Shown here: positions 18,838 through 28,816 of the stretch, piece by piece
How the letters are laid out: every line of letters begins with the position of its first letter
How positions within the stretch are numbered: position 1 is the first letter of the stretch
Virus record (IMG/VR): IMGVR_UViG_3300025030_000053
Coordinates: 1-64,000 of that record
Reading direction: 5' to 3' (one strand)
DNA from: a virus
DNA length: 64,000 nucleotides
The notes under the pieces: model-generated
Told to the model about the DNA's origin: nothing
Databases searched by the model: none
What the model saw: the letters and a program-made list of their open reading frames with translations, nothing else
Made by a program: the position numbers and the translations under genes

Positions 18838-18886
18838 TATCTAACAAAAACAATAATTCCTTCTTTTATTGAAAATATTTTCAATA
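18838..18886 (-). promoter_or_regulatory. Possible SigH-like promoter with adjacent 20-bp palindrome
   Basis: AAAGAAGGA-N16-GATA on the minus strand; TATTGAAAATATTTTCAATA at 18867..18886. Confidence 0.4.
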
Positions 18887-18889
18887 TTC

Positions 18890-19384
18890 TTAATATTCTC
18901 CATATCCACCGCGACCTTCGGCTCTATCGGCACATCTGTCGCATTGATAACCTCTTGATTTGTCTATTTTTGTAAGTGTATTTGGCGTGCCGCATGTAGG
19001 ACATGGATAGATTCTTGGATTGCTTGAAGTTTCGGCACGAAGGGAAGATCGTCCACCTGGATCGGCAAAACCAACTCCATCAATTAAATCATCTTCGTCT
19101 TGATCATACTGATGTGCTTCCTCTTCTCGTTCATTTATTAATTCGCCATTCCCCATCCCATCATCTATTTTGTCGCACCAGTCACATAAATCATCAACGC
19201 TCAGTCGATCTCCGCAATATGAACAAAATTTTTCATCGCGAATATCATCATAATCATCATAGTCATCATCCTCATATTGTGCGATTTTCTTCATCGCCAG
19301 ATTGATCAATCTTCCTGCTTCAAGATTTCCAGATTTTTCAAAAGATCTTGCCACATTTGCCAAAGCAATCAATTGTTTTTTCAT
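18890..19384 (-). CDS. Zinc-ribbon protein with putative capsid-targeting leader
   Basis: Leader MKKQLIALAN...AMKKIAQ; CSYC/CDWC and CPTC/CDRC pairs. Confidence 0.7.
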   Translation of the reverse strand: MKKQLIALANVARSFEKSGNLEAGRLINLAMKKIAQYEDDDYDDYDDIRDEKFCSYCGDRLSVDDLCDWCDKIDDGMGNGELINEREEEAHQYDQDEDDLIDGVGFADPGGRSSLRAETSSNPRIYPCPTCGTPNTLTKIDKSRGYQCDRCADRAEGRGGYGEY

Positions 19385-19608
19385 AGTTTCTCCAATCGAT
19401 CAGAAACTGATTGTTGAACTTTTTCTTTTGCACGATCAAGTTCAACAATCAGTTTTCTTTTCTTTTTATCCATATTTGCCAAAGCAATTTTTCTTCTGTC
19501 TATCGACATCAAATATTCCAAATCATCAAGATCGCTTTTAATATTTCCAAGAGATCTTGGTTGCCTGGATGTTATATTGTCAAACAAATATTGGATGTCA
19601 TGTGCCAT
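19381..19608 (-). CDS. Small coiled-coil hypothetical protein
   Basis: 75-aa ORF with RBS, coupled to the next gene. Confidence 0.65.
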   Translation of the reverse strand: MAHDIQYLFDNITSRQPRSLGNIKSDLDDLEYLMSIDRRKIALANMDKKKRKLIVELDRAKEKVQQSVSDRLEKL

Positions 19609-19617
19609 TGGATTTCC

Positions 19618-22600
19618 TTAGATGCACCAAGTGATGTCGTTTCTGATCTTTCCATCAGAAGTCTTTGCTAATTTGACAACAGAAATAGTTGAACAAGAAT
19701 CGCAATATACATTAGTCTTGTCTACCGATGCGACTCTGACAACTCTCTCTATTTCACCGCAAGCCGGACAGACATGTCCTGCCGCCTGGGTCCCAGATTT
19801 TTCAATCTCACCTCTGTGGGTATAGGCAGTTCTCAGGAACACATCTGGATCGTCAACCCAAGAAAGTCTGGCAATCAATGGGACATCAGATGAAGCAGTC
19901 ACCACGCGGTTGAAGATGCTTCTGGCCATTGGCGTGCCTGGCATACCAGTCGGCATAGGAGCACCTTGTCCTCCCACTGCTGCTGTTCCTGCCGCAGCTC
20001 CTGCACCAGGTTGCTCAAGAGGATTCACTTCTTCTCCTGGGATCTCTTCGCCCATCTCCATTGGTTCTTCTTCACCAAGGTTTGTACCTTCTGAGAATCC
20101 TTCTGGGTTGACGATTTGAATTTGCATCGTCACCTCAAATTCAGTCGCGCAATCATTGCACTTGCCGTGACCTTCTGCAAGATCAACATCAGTTGAACCG
20201 CAAGCTGGACAAATAGAGCCTGGAGGAGCAATTTGCCCCGGAGTTGGCAATGATTCTTCTGGAGATTTTTCATCACCCATTTCATCAGATGCACCTGGTT
20301 CTCCGCCGCCTGTGATTGCTGCAATTCCAGGATCTGCGCCAGTAGCTGCGGCAGCAGGATCTGCACCGGGGTTGCCAGCCAGTCCTTCTCCCATTCCTCC
20401 AGCGCCCATTGCCTGGGCTGCCTTGACTAATGCTTCTCGCTCATCTTTTCTTGCTTGAATCACCTTGTCTGACAAAACAGAATTGGCAACTACACCGATT
20501 GCGACTGGAGCAGATTCTCTTGCCTCATTGGCAGAGAAAGTTCTCACCACTGAAGACTTGATTGTACCGCAAACATGTCCATTATCGTTGATATCCAACG
20601 AAGTGAAACTCAATGATTCAGGATCTGACAGCTCATATCCTCTGTCACCGAACAATCTAACAACATATTCTCGAATTCTTGATTCAACTTCTGGATCGTT
20701 TTTGTCACAACCGGCTTCGCTTAGATCGAATTGAACTGTGAATTCTCTTTCTGATCTGTCGGTCACCGATGCAGAAGTTTTCAACAATTTGTCAACAGCC
20801 ATGTTGATGGCTTTTTTCGTTGCTTCTGGTTTATCTTTCAAAAGATCGATGGTGTCAACTGCGCTTCGAGTGGAAACATTGTTGTCGGAGATGTTGTCAG
20901 CAATCATATTGATCAATCTTTGGGAAATATCTTCTGAGTTGAGTTCAATATTTGCTTTCTTTCCTAACCAATAATTTTTTCTTGAATTAGTTATTTTTCT
21001 TTGATTGACTAATTCTTTATCTTTTGCAAGTTCAATCTCTGAATATACTTCATTTCTGTCAAATGAATTCAGCAATCCAGTCATTTCTTCATCAGATGCT
21101 TGTTTTTCAATCAATGTTTTAGCCAGAGCAGTAATCACTGCTTTCACAGATTCTTTGGAAACTTGTGATTCTCCAGAATCTTGAGATGCCATTGCTTTCA
21201 AGAATTGCTTTCTGATTTCAGATTGTTTCACCAAATCTGGTTCAAATGATTCAATATAACTTGAAGAATTTCCAGTTCTATCAATTTCATCTTTTGCCAT
21301 TTGCCCAATCAAAGAAGCATATTTTTCTTGATTTTGTGCTTGAAGTTCTTTCAACCCGTGAACTAAATCCAAAGGCAAAACTTCTTGTGAGGCGACATCA
21401 GAAAGGTTGCCAATCAAATAAGAATCTAAATTAGTATTTTCCGAAAGAACTACTTTTCTGCCATAGAATCTCGATCGCTTGCGCAAAACTTCTCTTGCAT
21501 CTTTGTGCTCTTTGGCGGAATATTCTGAAATCACATCTGCTAAATCATCTCCACTTGAAGCGAGTTTGATCGCAGAAGAAACAACTTCTTCTGGGCTTAC
21601 CATCGCCTCAACAACTGATTTTGCTAAAGCTGCATTCACAGATTCAACAATTTTAGCAGCATCTCCTCGTGCTCGTCTTGGGCTCAGTCTATTTTCTTCA
21701 ACTTGGACATCTACACCTTCGCGTACATCTTCAAGTTGATGTTCTTTGACTCGCGGATCAACTTCTCCTCGTCCCAGATGTCCATCAGCTACACTTCTGT
21801 CTCCAAGCTGGTGTTCTTTGACTCGTGGGTCAACGCCTTGGCGAACTTCTGCAAGATCATTTTCGCGATTACTATTCAATCCCTTTCTCGCATTTTCAAC
21901 ATAATTTTCTTCTGGATATCCTGGATTGCCCAATCTTCCAACAGGCCAGGTTGCATCTTTAGACTGGAAACGTCTTTCAGTCCCCTCTGCTGGCGTTTCT
22001 GCATCTACGCTGGCAACTCTTTGGATTCTGCGATTGTCTGAATAGGCCACAACAAATTGATTTAGAAGTTCGGAGGTGACATTTGCGATTTGTCCTTCGT
22101 CGATTCTGTCAATCAAATCATCAGAAATTTCTGGTTTCCAATCAACCTGCATGCCCCTATATGACGCTTTGATGTCGCCATTAGATGCAACAGAAATTTT
22201 ATAACCACCAATTTCTTGCTCATAGGTCTCTGTTTTTTCAGCACTTTTTTGCTCTCGTAGAGTTGCGGCAAGTTTTCTGAATTCACTCATAATGCCACTT
22301 TCCTCCTTATTTGGATGTGTATTGCAAATATATTTACAAGTTTTTTCTAACTTTTCCTTTAATTTTGCTAATTTTATTATTTTTTGTTCTGTAGATGCAC
22401 CAACCTGCATACCTACTCCCTCCGGCGGAGTCGCATATTCAGGATTCCCAGTCGGAGGAGTTTGCACTGGCGCTCCCATTTGTGGAGATTGTCCAGGTGT
22501 GATAGGTACACTACCACTGATGTCAATAGATCCAGAATCAATCATGTCCTCAATTGTATCTTGAATGTCTGCCACGCTCTTGGATAAATCTCTGACATGT

Positions 22601-23841
22601 TCAAGATTGATTCCTCTAGTGTTCAGAAGGGTGACGATCACCGTGTTGATGTGCTGGATAACACCCTTCAGTGCATCAAGTGTATTGATTCCTACACCTT
22701 CTCCTGTCGATGGTGCTGTTCCATCAGGAACTGGCGGGGCAAGAGCAGCCGCAGGGTCAGCCATAGGAACTACTTGTTCTTGTTGCCCTGGTCCTGCTAA
22801 TTGATTCACCTGGCTGGCAGGATCGGCAATATCTCTTGGTGATTCTGGAAAAATTTGTGAGGATTTCAGGAATTTTGTTTCTTCTCGTTCTGCCACTTTG
22901 ACTATTTTATCTGTCAAATTCGCAACAGCAACAAACAACTCTCTTGTTTCGTCTGATTCCAAAATTTCATCTCTTTCAAGACATAATTTGATGTTTTCAT
23001 TGACATTTTTAGATTCTTTCTTGATACTTTCTGTCATTGATTTGATCATTTTTTCGTGCGGAAGAGTCAATTCAATTTCACAATTTTCATAAGCCCCATC
23101 TGACACACAAGAAAGTTCGATGAATTTCACTCCGTAGTTCTTTTCAAACACTGGTTCATCGGTGACTCTCTTGCCTTTGTTTGGTCCTTTGTCAACTACT
23201 CCACTGAATTTTCTACCCTTGAATTGTTTGATGTGACTGCAAAATTCTGATTCTTTCACTGCTTTGTTGTCGCAGATTGAGCATCGGCTATGGTCAACCG
23301 ATGCACCCATTGACACATCTTTGATATATCCTTCCTGTATGCCCCTTGCTAATTGCGGATAAGCTTCTGCATCAATATAGAATGTGCAATATACACATTT
23401 TTCATTTTTGTCCCACTCTGCGTGGACTACTTTTCCTTTGGCTTGCTCAATATCATCGTTCTTGTGATTGGTGTATATTGGAACACCTTCAAATGTTTTA
23501 TAAGTAGGAATCTTGCCCTTGTTGCCGGCATCTACTTCTTTGAGCAATTCTTCTTCGGAGAAAGAATCTCCATTTTCATTGGCTTGGTCAGCATCAATTG
23601 CCCTAGCCCTAGCCCATAAAAATGTATCCGGGCGCATTTTCATTTCTTCAAGGACTGGGGTGTCTGCGTATTTTTTGATCAATTCATCAACATCGTCTAA
23701 ATCTTTATCGGTCAATTCACCGGTGTGAGCAACCTTTACCATTTTCATTGAACCATCTGATTTTGCTATTTTGATAGTCCAAACAAAATCGAGTGGTATT
23801 TTGCCACCATATATAGTTTTTTTGAGCACTGGAATCCTCAC
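19618..23841 (-). CDS. Prohead (maturation) protease with long C-terminal scaffold-like region and zinc ribbons
   Basis: NENGDSF, TFEGVPIYTNH, DVSMG, FIELSCV (herpes/HK97-type protease His/Ser motifs); directly downstream of portal. Confidence 0.8.
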   Translation of the reverse strand: MRIPVLKKTIYGGKIPLDFVWTIKIAKSDGSMKMVKVAHTGELTDKDLDDVDELIKKYADTPVLEEMKMRPDTFLWARARAIDADQANENGDSFSEEELLKEVDAGNKGKIPTYKTFEGVPIYTNHKNDDIEQAKGKVVHAEWDKNEKCVYCTFYIDAEAYPQLARGIQEGYIKDVSMGASVDHSRCSICDNKAVKESEFCSHIKQFKGRKFSGVVDKGPNKGKRVTDEPVFEKNYGVKFIELSCVSDGAYENCEIELTLPHEKMIKSMTESIKKESKNVNENIKLCLERDEILESDETRELFVAVANLTDKIVKVAEREETKFLKSSQIFPESPRDIADPASQVNQLAGPGQQEQVVPMADPAAALAPPVPDGTAPSTGEGVGINTLDALKGVIQHINTVIVTLLNTRGINLEHVRDLSKSVADIQDTIEDMIDSGSIDISGSVPITPGQSPQMGAPVQTPPTGNPEYATPPEGVGMQVGASTEQKIIKLAKLKEKLEKTCKYICNTHPNKEESGIMSEFRKLAATLREQKSAEKTETYEQEIGGYKISVASNGDIKASYRGMQVDWKPEISDDLIDRIDEGQIANVTSELLNQFVVAYSDNRRIQRVASVDAETPAEGTERRFQSKDATWPVGRLGNPGYPEENYVENARKGLNSNRENDLAEVRQGVDPRVKEHQLGDRSVADGHLGRGEVDPRVKEHQLEDVREGVDVQVEENRLSPRRARGDAAKIVESVNAALAKSVVEAMVSPEEVVSSAIKLASSGDDLADVISEYSAKEHKDAREVLRKRSRFYGRKVVLSENTNLDSYLIGNLSDVASQEVLPLDLVHGLKELQAQNQEKYASLIGQMAKDEIDRTGNSSSYIESFEPDLVKQSEIRKQFLKAMASQDSGESQVSKESVKAVITALAKTLIEKQASDEEMTGLLNSFDRNEVYSEIELAKDKELVNQRKITNSRKNYWLGKKANIELNSEDISQRLINMIADNISDNNVSTRSAVDTIDLLKDKPEATKKAINMAVDKLLKTSASVTDRSEREFTVQFDLSEAGCDKNDPEVESRIREYVVRLFGDRGYELSDPESLSFTSLDINDNGHVCGTIKSSVVRTFSANEARESAPVAIGVVANSVLSDKVIQARKDEREALVKAAQAMGAGGMGEGLAGNPGADPAAAATGADPGIAAITGGGEPGASDEMGDEKSPEESLPTPGQIAPPGSICPACGSTDVDLAEGHGKCNDCATEFEVTMQIQIVNPEGFSEGTNLGEEEPMEMGEEIPGEEVNPLEQPGAGAAAGTAAVGGQGAPMPTGMPGTPMARSIFNRVVTASSDVPLIARLSWVDDPDVFLRTAYTHRGEIEKSGTQAAGHVCPACGEIERVVRVASVDKTNVYCDSCSTISVVKLAKTSDGKIRNDITWCI

Positions 23842-23859
23842 TTTTCTTGTGCTTATAAT

Positions 23860-23884
23860 ATTCTAAGAAAAAACAAAAAATCCT
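23860..23884 (-). promoter_or_regulatory. SigH-consensus promoter of the protease operon
   Basis: GCAGGA-N17-GAAT on the minus strand. Confidence 0.7.
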
Positions 23885-23919
23885 GCTTTATTTTGTATTT
23901 GTATGATTTTTATTTAGAA

Positions 23920-26900
23920 CTATTCTGATTGATTTTTACCTTGGTGTCTTTCCATTGCAGTTCTTGTGATCACCTTCATCACCTGATCTATCTTTTCTTT
24001 CACCTCATCTTCCGTGAATCTCAAAACTATCCATCCCATTGACCAAAGGGTTTGGTCCTTTTTCTTGTCTCTCTCAACCTGCTCAATAGACTGATGCCAA
24101 GTTTTCCCATCCACCTCGATGGCTATCTTGAGGCCAGGGAAAGCAAGATCAACCGAAAGATTATTTTGAGAGTAGGGGTAATATTGTGCAACAGAGGCAA
24201 ATGGGAGTTGCCCTGATTGATTTGCTTTCATGATTGCTTCAAACAATGCCATTTCTGCTTTGTTGAACCATTTGTGATAAGCATTGTCCTGTTTTTTATT
24301 GTCTTTACCGGCAAATCTTGCCATTTGGAAAATATCTCTCCCCACAGACACAAATGGCTGCCAGTCTGGATCAAAATCAATCATTTCCAAGTCATCTGGA
24401 ATTTCTCTGATAGATTCCTCTAATGACAAATCAGAACCAGCAACAAATTTCTTTGCCTGCGATACGGCCTCTCTGTGCATTCGAATACGATCCAAAACAG
24501 AAGCAACAGGAGGAGGTGCCCCACCAGGAACGCCCATGTCCATGGCCCCTGGCATACCTGGTGCTGGTGCCGGAGCACCTTCCCCCATAGCACCTGGCAT
24601 CTCTGTCGGCATTGCTCCGCCGACCATTGGTGGCATCCCTCCTCCTGCGCCTATCTCTCCCCCTTCTTGTACTCCCAAACCTAAATCTGGAGATGTCAGC
24701 ATATTGCCCATTTCTTCTTGCTTCAGCAATTCTACTTCAGTATCATAGTCAATGTCGAACTTGGAAAGGAGTGTCTGCAAAGAAATCTCATTCCTTTGTC
24801 GCAATTGAAGAAGATTTGCAATTTCTTGATTGTTTTCTTTCAGTCCAAGGTCATTGAAAACAATTTCTGGATAGATAATTTCTTCAATACCCTTGGGGCT
24901 GACAGATGTAAAATTATTCCATTCAGATACTGGCTTGAATATCTTTTGCTCAATCCAATGTTTGAGTTGATTTCTAAAAGTGTTCAATCTTGCAGCGAGG
25001 GCATCCAACCCTACCTGAGCAGAAGCATAATTCGGTCCTTCACCATGAACCAGCGCTTTGTTCATCTGAAAACCGGAGAGGATGTCTTCATTGATCATTT
25101 CATATTCATCTGTCAGCATCAACACTTTTCCAGCGCTGCCTTCGAATGAATTTCCTTGAATTGTTATTTTCCCATTTCTTCTGGTAACGAAAAATCCTGT
25201 TTCTGTCTCAAAACACCAAACAAAATCATTTCTTTCCACATAATTTTTATGTTCAGATTTAACTTTGGGATATTTACCCCTATTAGATTGCTCAGACCAA
25301 CTTACTCTATATTGTTGATTACCACATTCATTAGTAAATTCTGATATAAGCGGTGCATAACCTAATTTAAAAACTATTTCTTGTACATCATTGGCTAATT
25401 GTTTGGATACTGTATGATATATTCTATATCTAACTTTATATCCTTGATTATCAATTTGAGTTCTTCCATCTCCCTTCATCATAGATTCTAAAATAGTTTT
25501 TAATTTATTTTTTGGTAAATTTTTAATCCAAGATGGTATATTTTTCTCAAAACACCCAGATCCAAAATTATTTTTAAAATATATTGCTAATTTTTTATTT
25601 AGAATATCCCATGAAACTACTTTTTTATTTTCATATTCATATTTGTGATATTTAATTCCAAATTTTAACATCATATTATTAATTTCAGAATAATATTGTG
25701 AATATTTACTTTGACTAATACTAACACGATATTGTCTTGTTTCTTTTTTATATGTAGTATATCCCTCTGATAAATACCATCCTACATATTCCAAATATTT
25801 ATTTATTTCTATTTCTAAATTATCATATATACATACTGAGTCAATATCATTTCCTGGTGATTCCTTCCATTCAGACACCGCCCTGAAATGGTCCCCCGAT
25901 TTAACATTGTCAGCTATGTCAGTATGCCATTCTCCAGAACATCCTTTTTTAATTAACATCTTATGATGTTTGGTGACACATACATCCATTTTAGATGATT
26001 TAAAATTTATCATCTCTCTGTTCTTTGCTTCAAATTTAAATCTATTTTTAAAATTAGAATAATACATTTTTTCTGTATCAGTGTCAAAAATCATTATTTT
26101 TTCAAAATCTGAAACATCATCGTAAAATTTCCATCCATTTTCAGTTAAAACTTCTGTGTCAGAAGAATAGCAAAGATCAAAAGCATGATGCACAACCAAA
26201 GTCAACAACGGATCATTGGCCACTTGAGACAACTGCTCTTGCACTGCTGCCAGATCATCTTCGCTCGCTGGTCTCTGATCTGATCCTACTTTGACAATTT
26301 TGATTGGCAAAATATGTCTGTCAACAACCATCCATTGTGCCTGCCGAAGTTTGTCTCGGTAAGCCAGTGTTGGAAAAAGCCTACGAATCAAAGATGTCCC
26401 ATATGTTTCATAAGGACTTGCTGCGAATTTGAGATGTGTGGCAGCAATAGGATTTAATTTGATTTTTTGTTTAGTTTTGATTCGTTCGCGAATTTCAGGA
26501 GGAATTTGGTTATATATTTCTTCTGGCTTGCCTTTGATGCAAACATCAACCAGTTGATCATTCGGAATCCACTCAATAACAGGATCCTGAGTGCCAAGTG
26601 CTTGAGCAGAAACTTCAATGGTATTTGGGTCAAAAATTGACAACCCTCCCCAAGTAGCACCCTCATGCTCACACGGGCGACCATTATCTGGAATGTTGCC
26701 TGTTCCATGACATGTTGGGCAATCCATTTCAAGCAAAACGAAACAATCTCCATAGGCATAATATTCGTAGGCTATTTGTGGAAGCCATTTGTCTAATTGA
26801 ATTTTTTCTCTGCAAAGTTTTTCAAAATATTCTTTTACTGCTCCATTGGGACATTCTAACTTGTATCCATTCATAGAAAATGAAGAATAAAAATCTAACC

Positions 26901-27177
26901 CAGTAGCCACCAGGGCTTCATTTCGAAGCCAGTATTTTGACCATGCATACACTTCTTTGCGATTGGTTGGAATTTGCCAAGCAGATGCAGTATGCTGCGG
27001 GGCATAGAATCCTGGAGGAGTAGTTGTAATGTTGTACGAATTAGATGTTGACTGGGCAGAAACTTCTAACCCAAAAACAGGTCTCCTGGAGGCTACTACA
27101 TTGGGATTAGCGTATTGAGATTTTTGTGGAGGACCAGAATATTTGACAACTCTGGTATTGGTTTTGTTTTCAGTCAT
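23920..27177 (-). CDS. Portal protein with LAGLIDADG intein and C-terminal DUF559-like nuclease domain
   Basis: EYYAYGDCF, THLK...YGTSLIRRLF, PIKIVKVG portal motifs; intein; VDLAFPGLKIAIEVDGKTWH...RDKKKD...GWIVLRF. Confidence 0.85.
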   Translation of the reverse strand: MTENKTNTRVVKYSGPPQKSQYANPNVVASRRPVFGLEVSAQSTSNSYNITTTPPGFYAPQHTASAWQIPTNRKEVYAWSKYWLRNEALVATGLDFYSSFSMNGYKLECPNGAVKEYFEKLCREKIQLDKWLPQIAYEYYAYGDCFVLLEMDCPTCHGTGNIPDNGRPCEHEGATWGGLSIFDPNTIEVSAQALGTQDPVIEWIPNDQLVDVCIKGKPEEIYNQIPPEIRERIKTKQKIKLNPIAATHLKFAASPYETYGTSLIRRLFPTLAYRDKLRQAQWMVVDRHILPIKIVKVGSDQRPASEDDLAAVQEQLSQVANDPLLTLVVHHAFDLCYSSDTEVLTENGWKFYDDVSDFEKIMIFDTDTEKMYYSNFKNRFKFEAKNREMINFKSSKMDVCVTKHHKMLIKKGCSGEWHTDIADNVKSGDHFRAVSEWKESPGNDIDSVCIYDNLEIEINKYLEYVGWYLSEGYTTYKKETRQYRVSISQSKYSQYYSEINNMMLKFGIKYHKYEYENKKVVSWDILNKKLAIYFKNNFGSGCFEKNIPSWIKNLPKNKLKTILESMMKGDGRTQIDNQGYKVRYRIYHTVSKQLANDVQEIVFKLGYAPLISEFTNECGNQQYRVSWSEQSNRGKYPKVKSEHKNYVERNDFVWCFETETGFFVTRRNGKITIQGNSFEGSAGKVLMLTDEYEMINEDILSGFQMNKALVHGEGPNYASAQVGLDALAARLNTFRNQLKHWIEQKIFKPVSEWNNFTSVSPKGIEEIIYPEIVFNDLGLKENNQEIANLLQLRQRNEISLQTLLSKFDIDYDTEVELLKQEEMGNMLTSPDLGLGVQEGGEIGAGGGMPPMVGGAMPTEMPGAMGEGAPAPAPGMPGAMDMGVPGGAPPPVASVLDRIRMHREAVSQAKKFVAGSDLSLEESIREIPDDLEMIDFDPDWQPFVSVGRDIFQMARFAGKDNKKQDNAYHKWFNKAEMALFEAIMKANQSGQLPFASVAQYYPYSQNNLSVDLAFPGLKIAIEVDGKTWHQSIEQVERDKKKDQTLWSMGWIVLRFTEDEVKEKIDQVMKVITRTAMERHQGKNQSE
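25150..26172 (-). mobile_element. Intein (341 aa) with LAGLIDADG endonuclease, in portal
   Basis: CYSSDTEVLTENGWK, TKHH, VGWYLSEG, MKGDG, VWCFET...ITIQGN|S; AT-rich. Confidence 0.92.
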
Positions 27178-27214
27178 ATTTCATCCTTCACAAACTATTA
27201 TATCAATTAATTGT

Positions 27215-28816
27215 CTAAATATTAAACATTTCTCTTGGATGCATAAAACTTCTTGTATTGTTGTTTATTCGAGAATCGCCCTTGGATTTTTGAGCCAAAT
27301 CTACATCTTCACCCCATATTTGTTCACCAGTGGCGTGTGGTGCCAAACCTTCAGGTGGAGCAACAATTGCTGATCCATTATTCTCCTGCATATGCTGTGT
27401 GGGTTGACTATCTTCGAAATCAATTTCATCACGAAGGCGATCTTCATGGCTCCTCCACGTATCAGGACTCAACTGGTGTTCAGTGCTTGAAAATAATCTT
27501 GGATCCCTATCTTGTCCATTATTTTCTTCTAAAAAACCTTCTTCTGGACCCTCTTTATGCGGAATCAGTCCGAGATCTGTTTCTTTACCCTTGATTCCAC
27601 CGCCAATCGCAGCAGTTTTCAAGGTTTTTTCATCATTCCTATCTTTTTCAAGAATAACTTCATATACTCTATCAAAAAATTCATCTTTATGCCGATCATC
27701 ATCTGCAAGTCTTGATTCTGTATTTTTCAATCTTATTTTTTCATCGCGTTTTTCAGAAAGTCTACTTTCTGAATTACTTTCTAATTTGGTGTCTGAATCT
27801 TCCCGCAGCAAGGCTTCGATAGATTTCCCCTCTTTGATTTCTCTTCTGCCAGCTAATTTCTTTTCAAGGGCATCTAATCTTGTTTCTATGTTGTCGAGCA
27901 CTGAATGTGTCGTATGATTAGCATCTTTCTCAATCATTCTTGTTTCTGATGATTTTAGAACTTCTCTTGTTGGATTAGATCTCTCACCATCTGGAATTCG
28001 AAGTTTCATCAATTCATTGTCTGGGCTTTTGTGTTCCTCAAGGCGATTCATAGCCTGAACGTGAGATTCTCCAACCTGTTTGAGCCATTTTTGGTAATTA
28101 TAAGGAGCAGGCCCATTTTCCCGAACTCTATCATCTTGTGTCAATTGTCCTTCGTGATCATCATCAGTGATGTAATAAGCCGTTCTGATGAATTGATCAA
28201 GTTTTGAAGAAATTTTATCTATATTTTCTTCTGATGAAATATCTACATACACATCTTCCAAGGATTCAAGTTCTTGATCTGGCAGTGTATATTTTGTAGG
28301 TTCAATCAAAGTCAATATGTGGTCTTGACTATATTGTGATGTTTTAGCCATTCTTCGAGCCAAATCTAAATCTGCTCTCACACGATGCCAATCTTCACCA
28401 CCAGAAACTTGCGTTGGAACTAAAATCTGTTTGTTAGGCATAAAACTTTCCTCCTCATCGAATGCACTAACTTCACCACATTGACAATGTTCCTGCCCAC
28501 AGCCAGGACACAATGATTCACCAAAATCTTCCTCAATTGCCTCATCCAAATCGTCCACGCTTTCATCAAGGTCGCCGACTACTCTGTCCAATAGGTCTCC
28601 TGGATTGTCAAACATATCACCCATCGCATCAAAAATATCATCAAAATTTGTGTCAATTTCCTCTGGTCTCAATTCTCTTGATTCGATATGAACATCTGGA
28701 CCATGTTTTTCAATTTTCTGCTCAAACCCCCTAGCGAAAGATTGTGCATCATCATGCATTTGTCCTTTGATGTTGTCTAACAAATTTGCAGTTGTTTTTT
28801 TAAGATTGAACATCAT
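27215..28816 (-). CDS. Putative internal head protein with E-x-x-L repeats
   Basis: Start MMFNLKKTTA; acidic; CPGC zinc motif; SETRM, IETRL, SESRL, TESRL, TEHQL repeats. Confidence 0.65.
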   Translation of the reverse strand: MMFNLKKTTANLLDNIKGQMHDDAQSFARGFEQKIEKHGPDVHIESRELRPEEIDTNFDDIFDAMGDMFDNPGDLLDRVVGDLDESVDDLDEAIEEDFGESLCPGCGQEHCQCGEVSAFDEEESFMPNKQILVPTQVSGGEDWHRVRADLDLARRMAKTSQYSQDHILTLIEPTKYTLPDQELESLEDVYVDISSEENIDKISSKLDQFIRTAYYITDDDHEGQLTQDDRVRENGPAPYNYQKWLKQVGESHVQAMNRLEEHKSPDNELMKLRIPDGERSNPTREVLKSSETRMIEKDANHTTHSVLDNIETRLDALEKKLAGRREIKEGKSIEALLREDSDTKLESNSESRLSEKRDEKIRLKNTESRLADDDRHKDEFFDRVYEVILEKDRNDEKTLKTAAIGGGIKGKETDLGLIPHKEGPEEGFLEENNGQDRDPRLFSSTEHQLSPDTWRSHEDRLRDEIDFEDSQPTQHMQENNGSAIVAPPEGLAPHATGEQIWGEDVDLAQKSKGDSRINNNTRSFMHPREMFNI

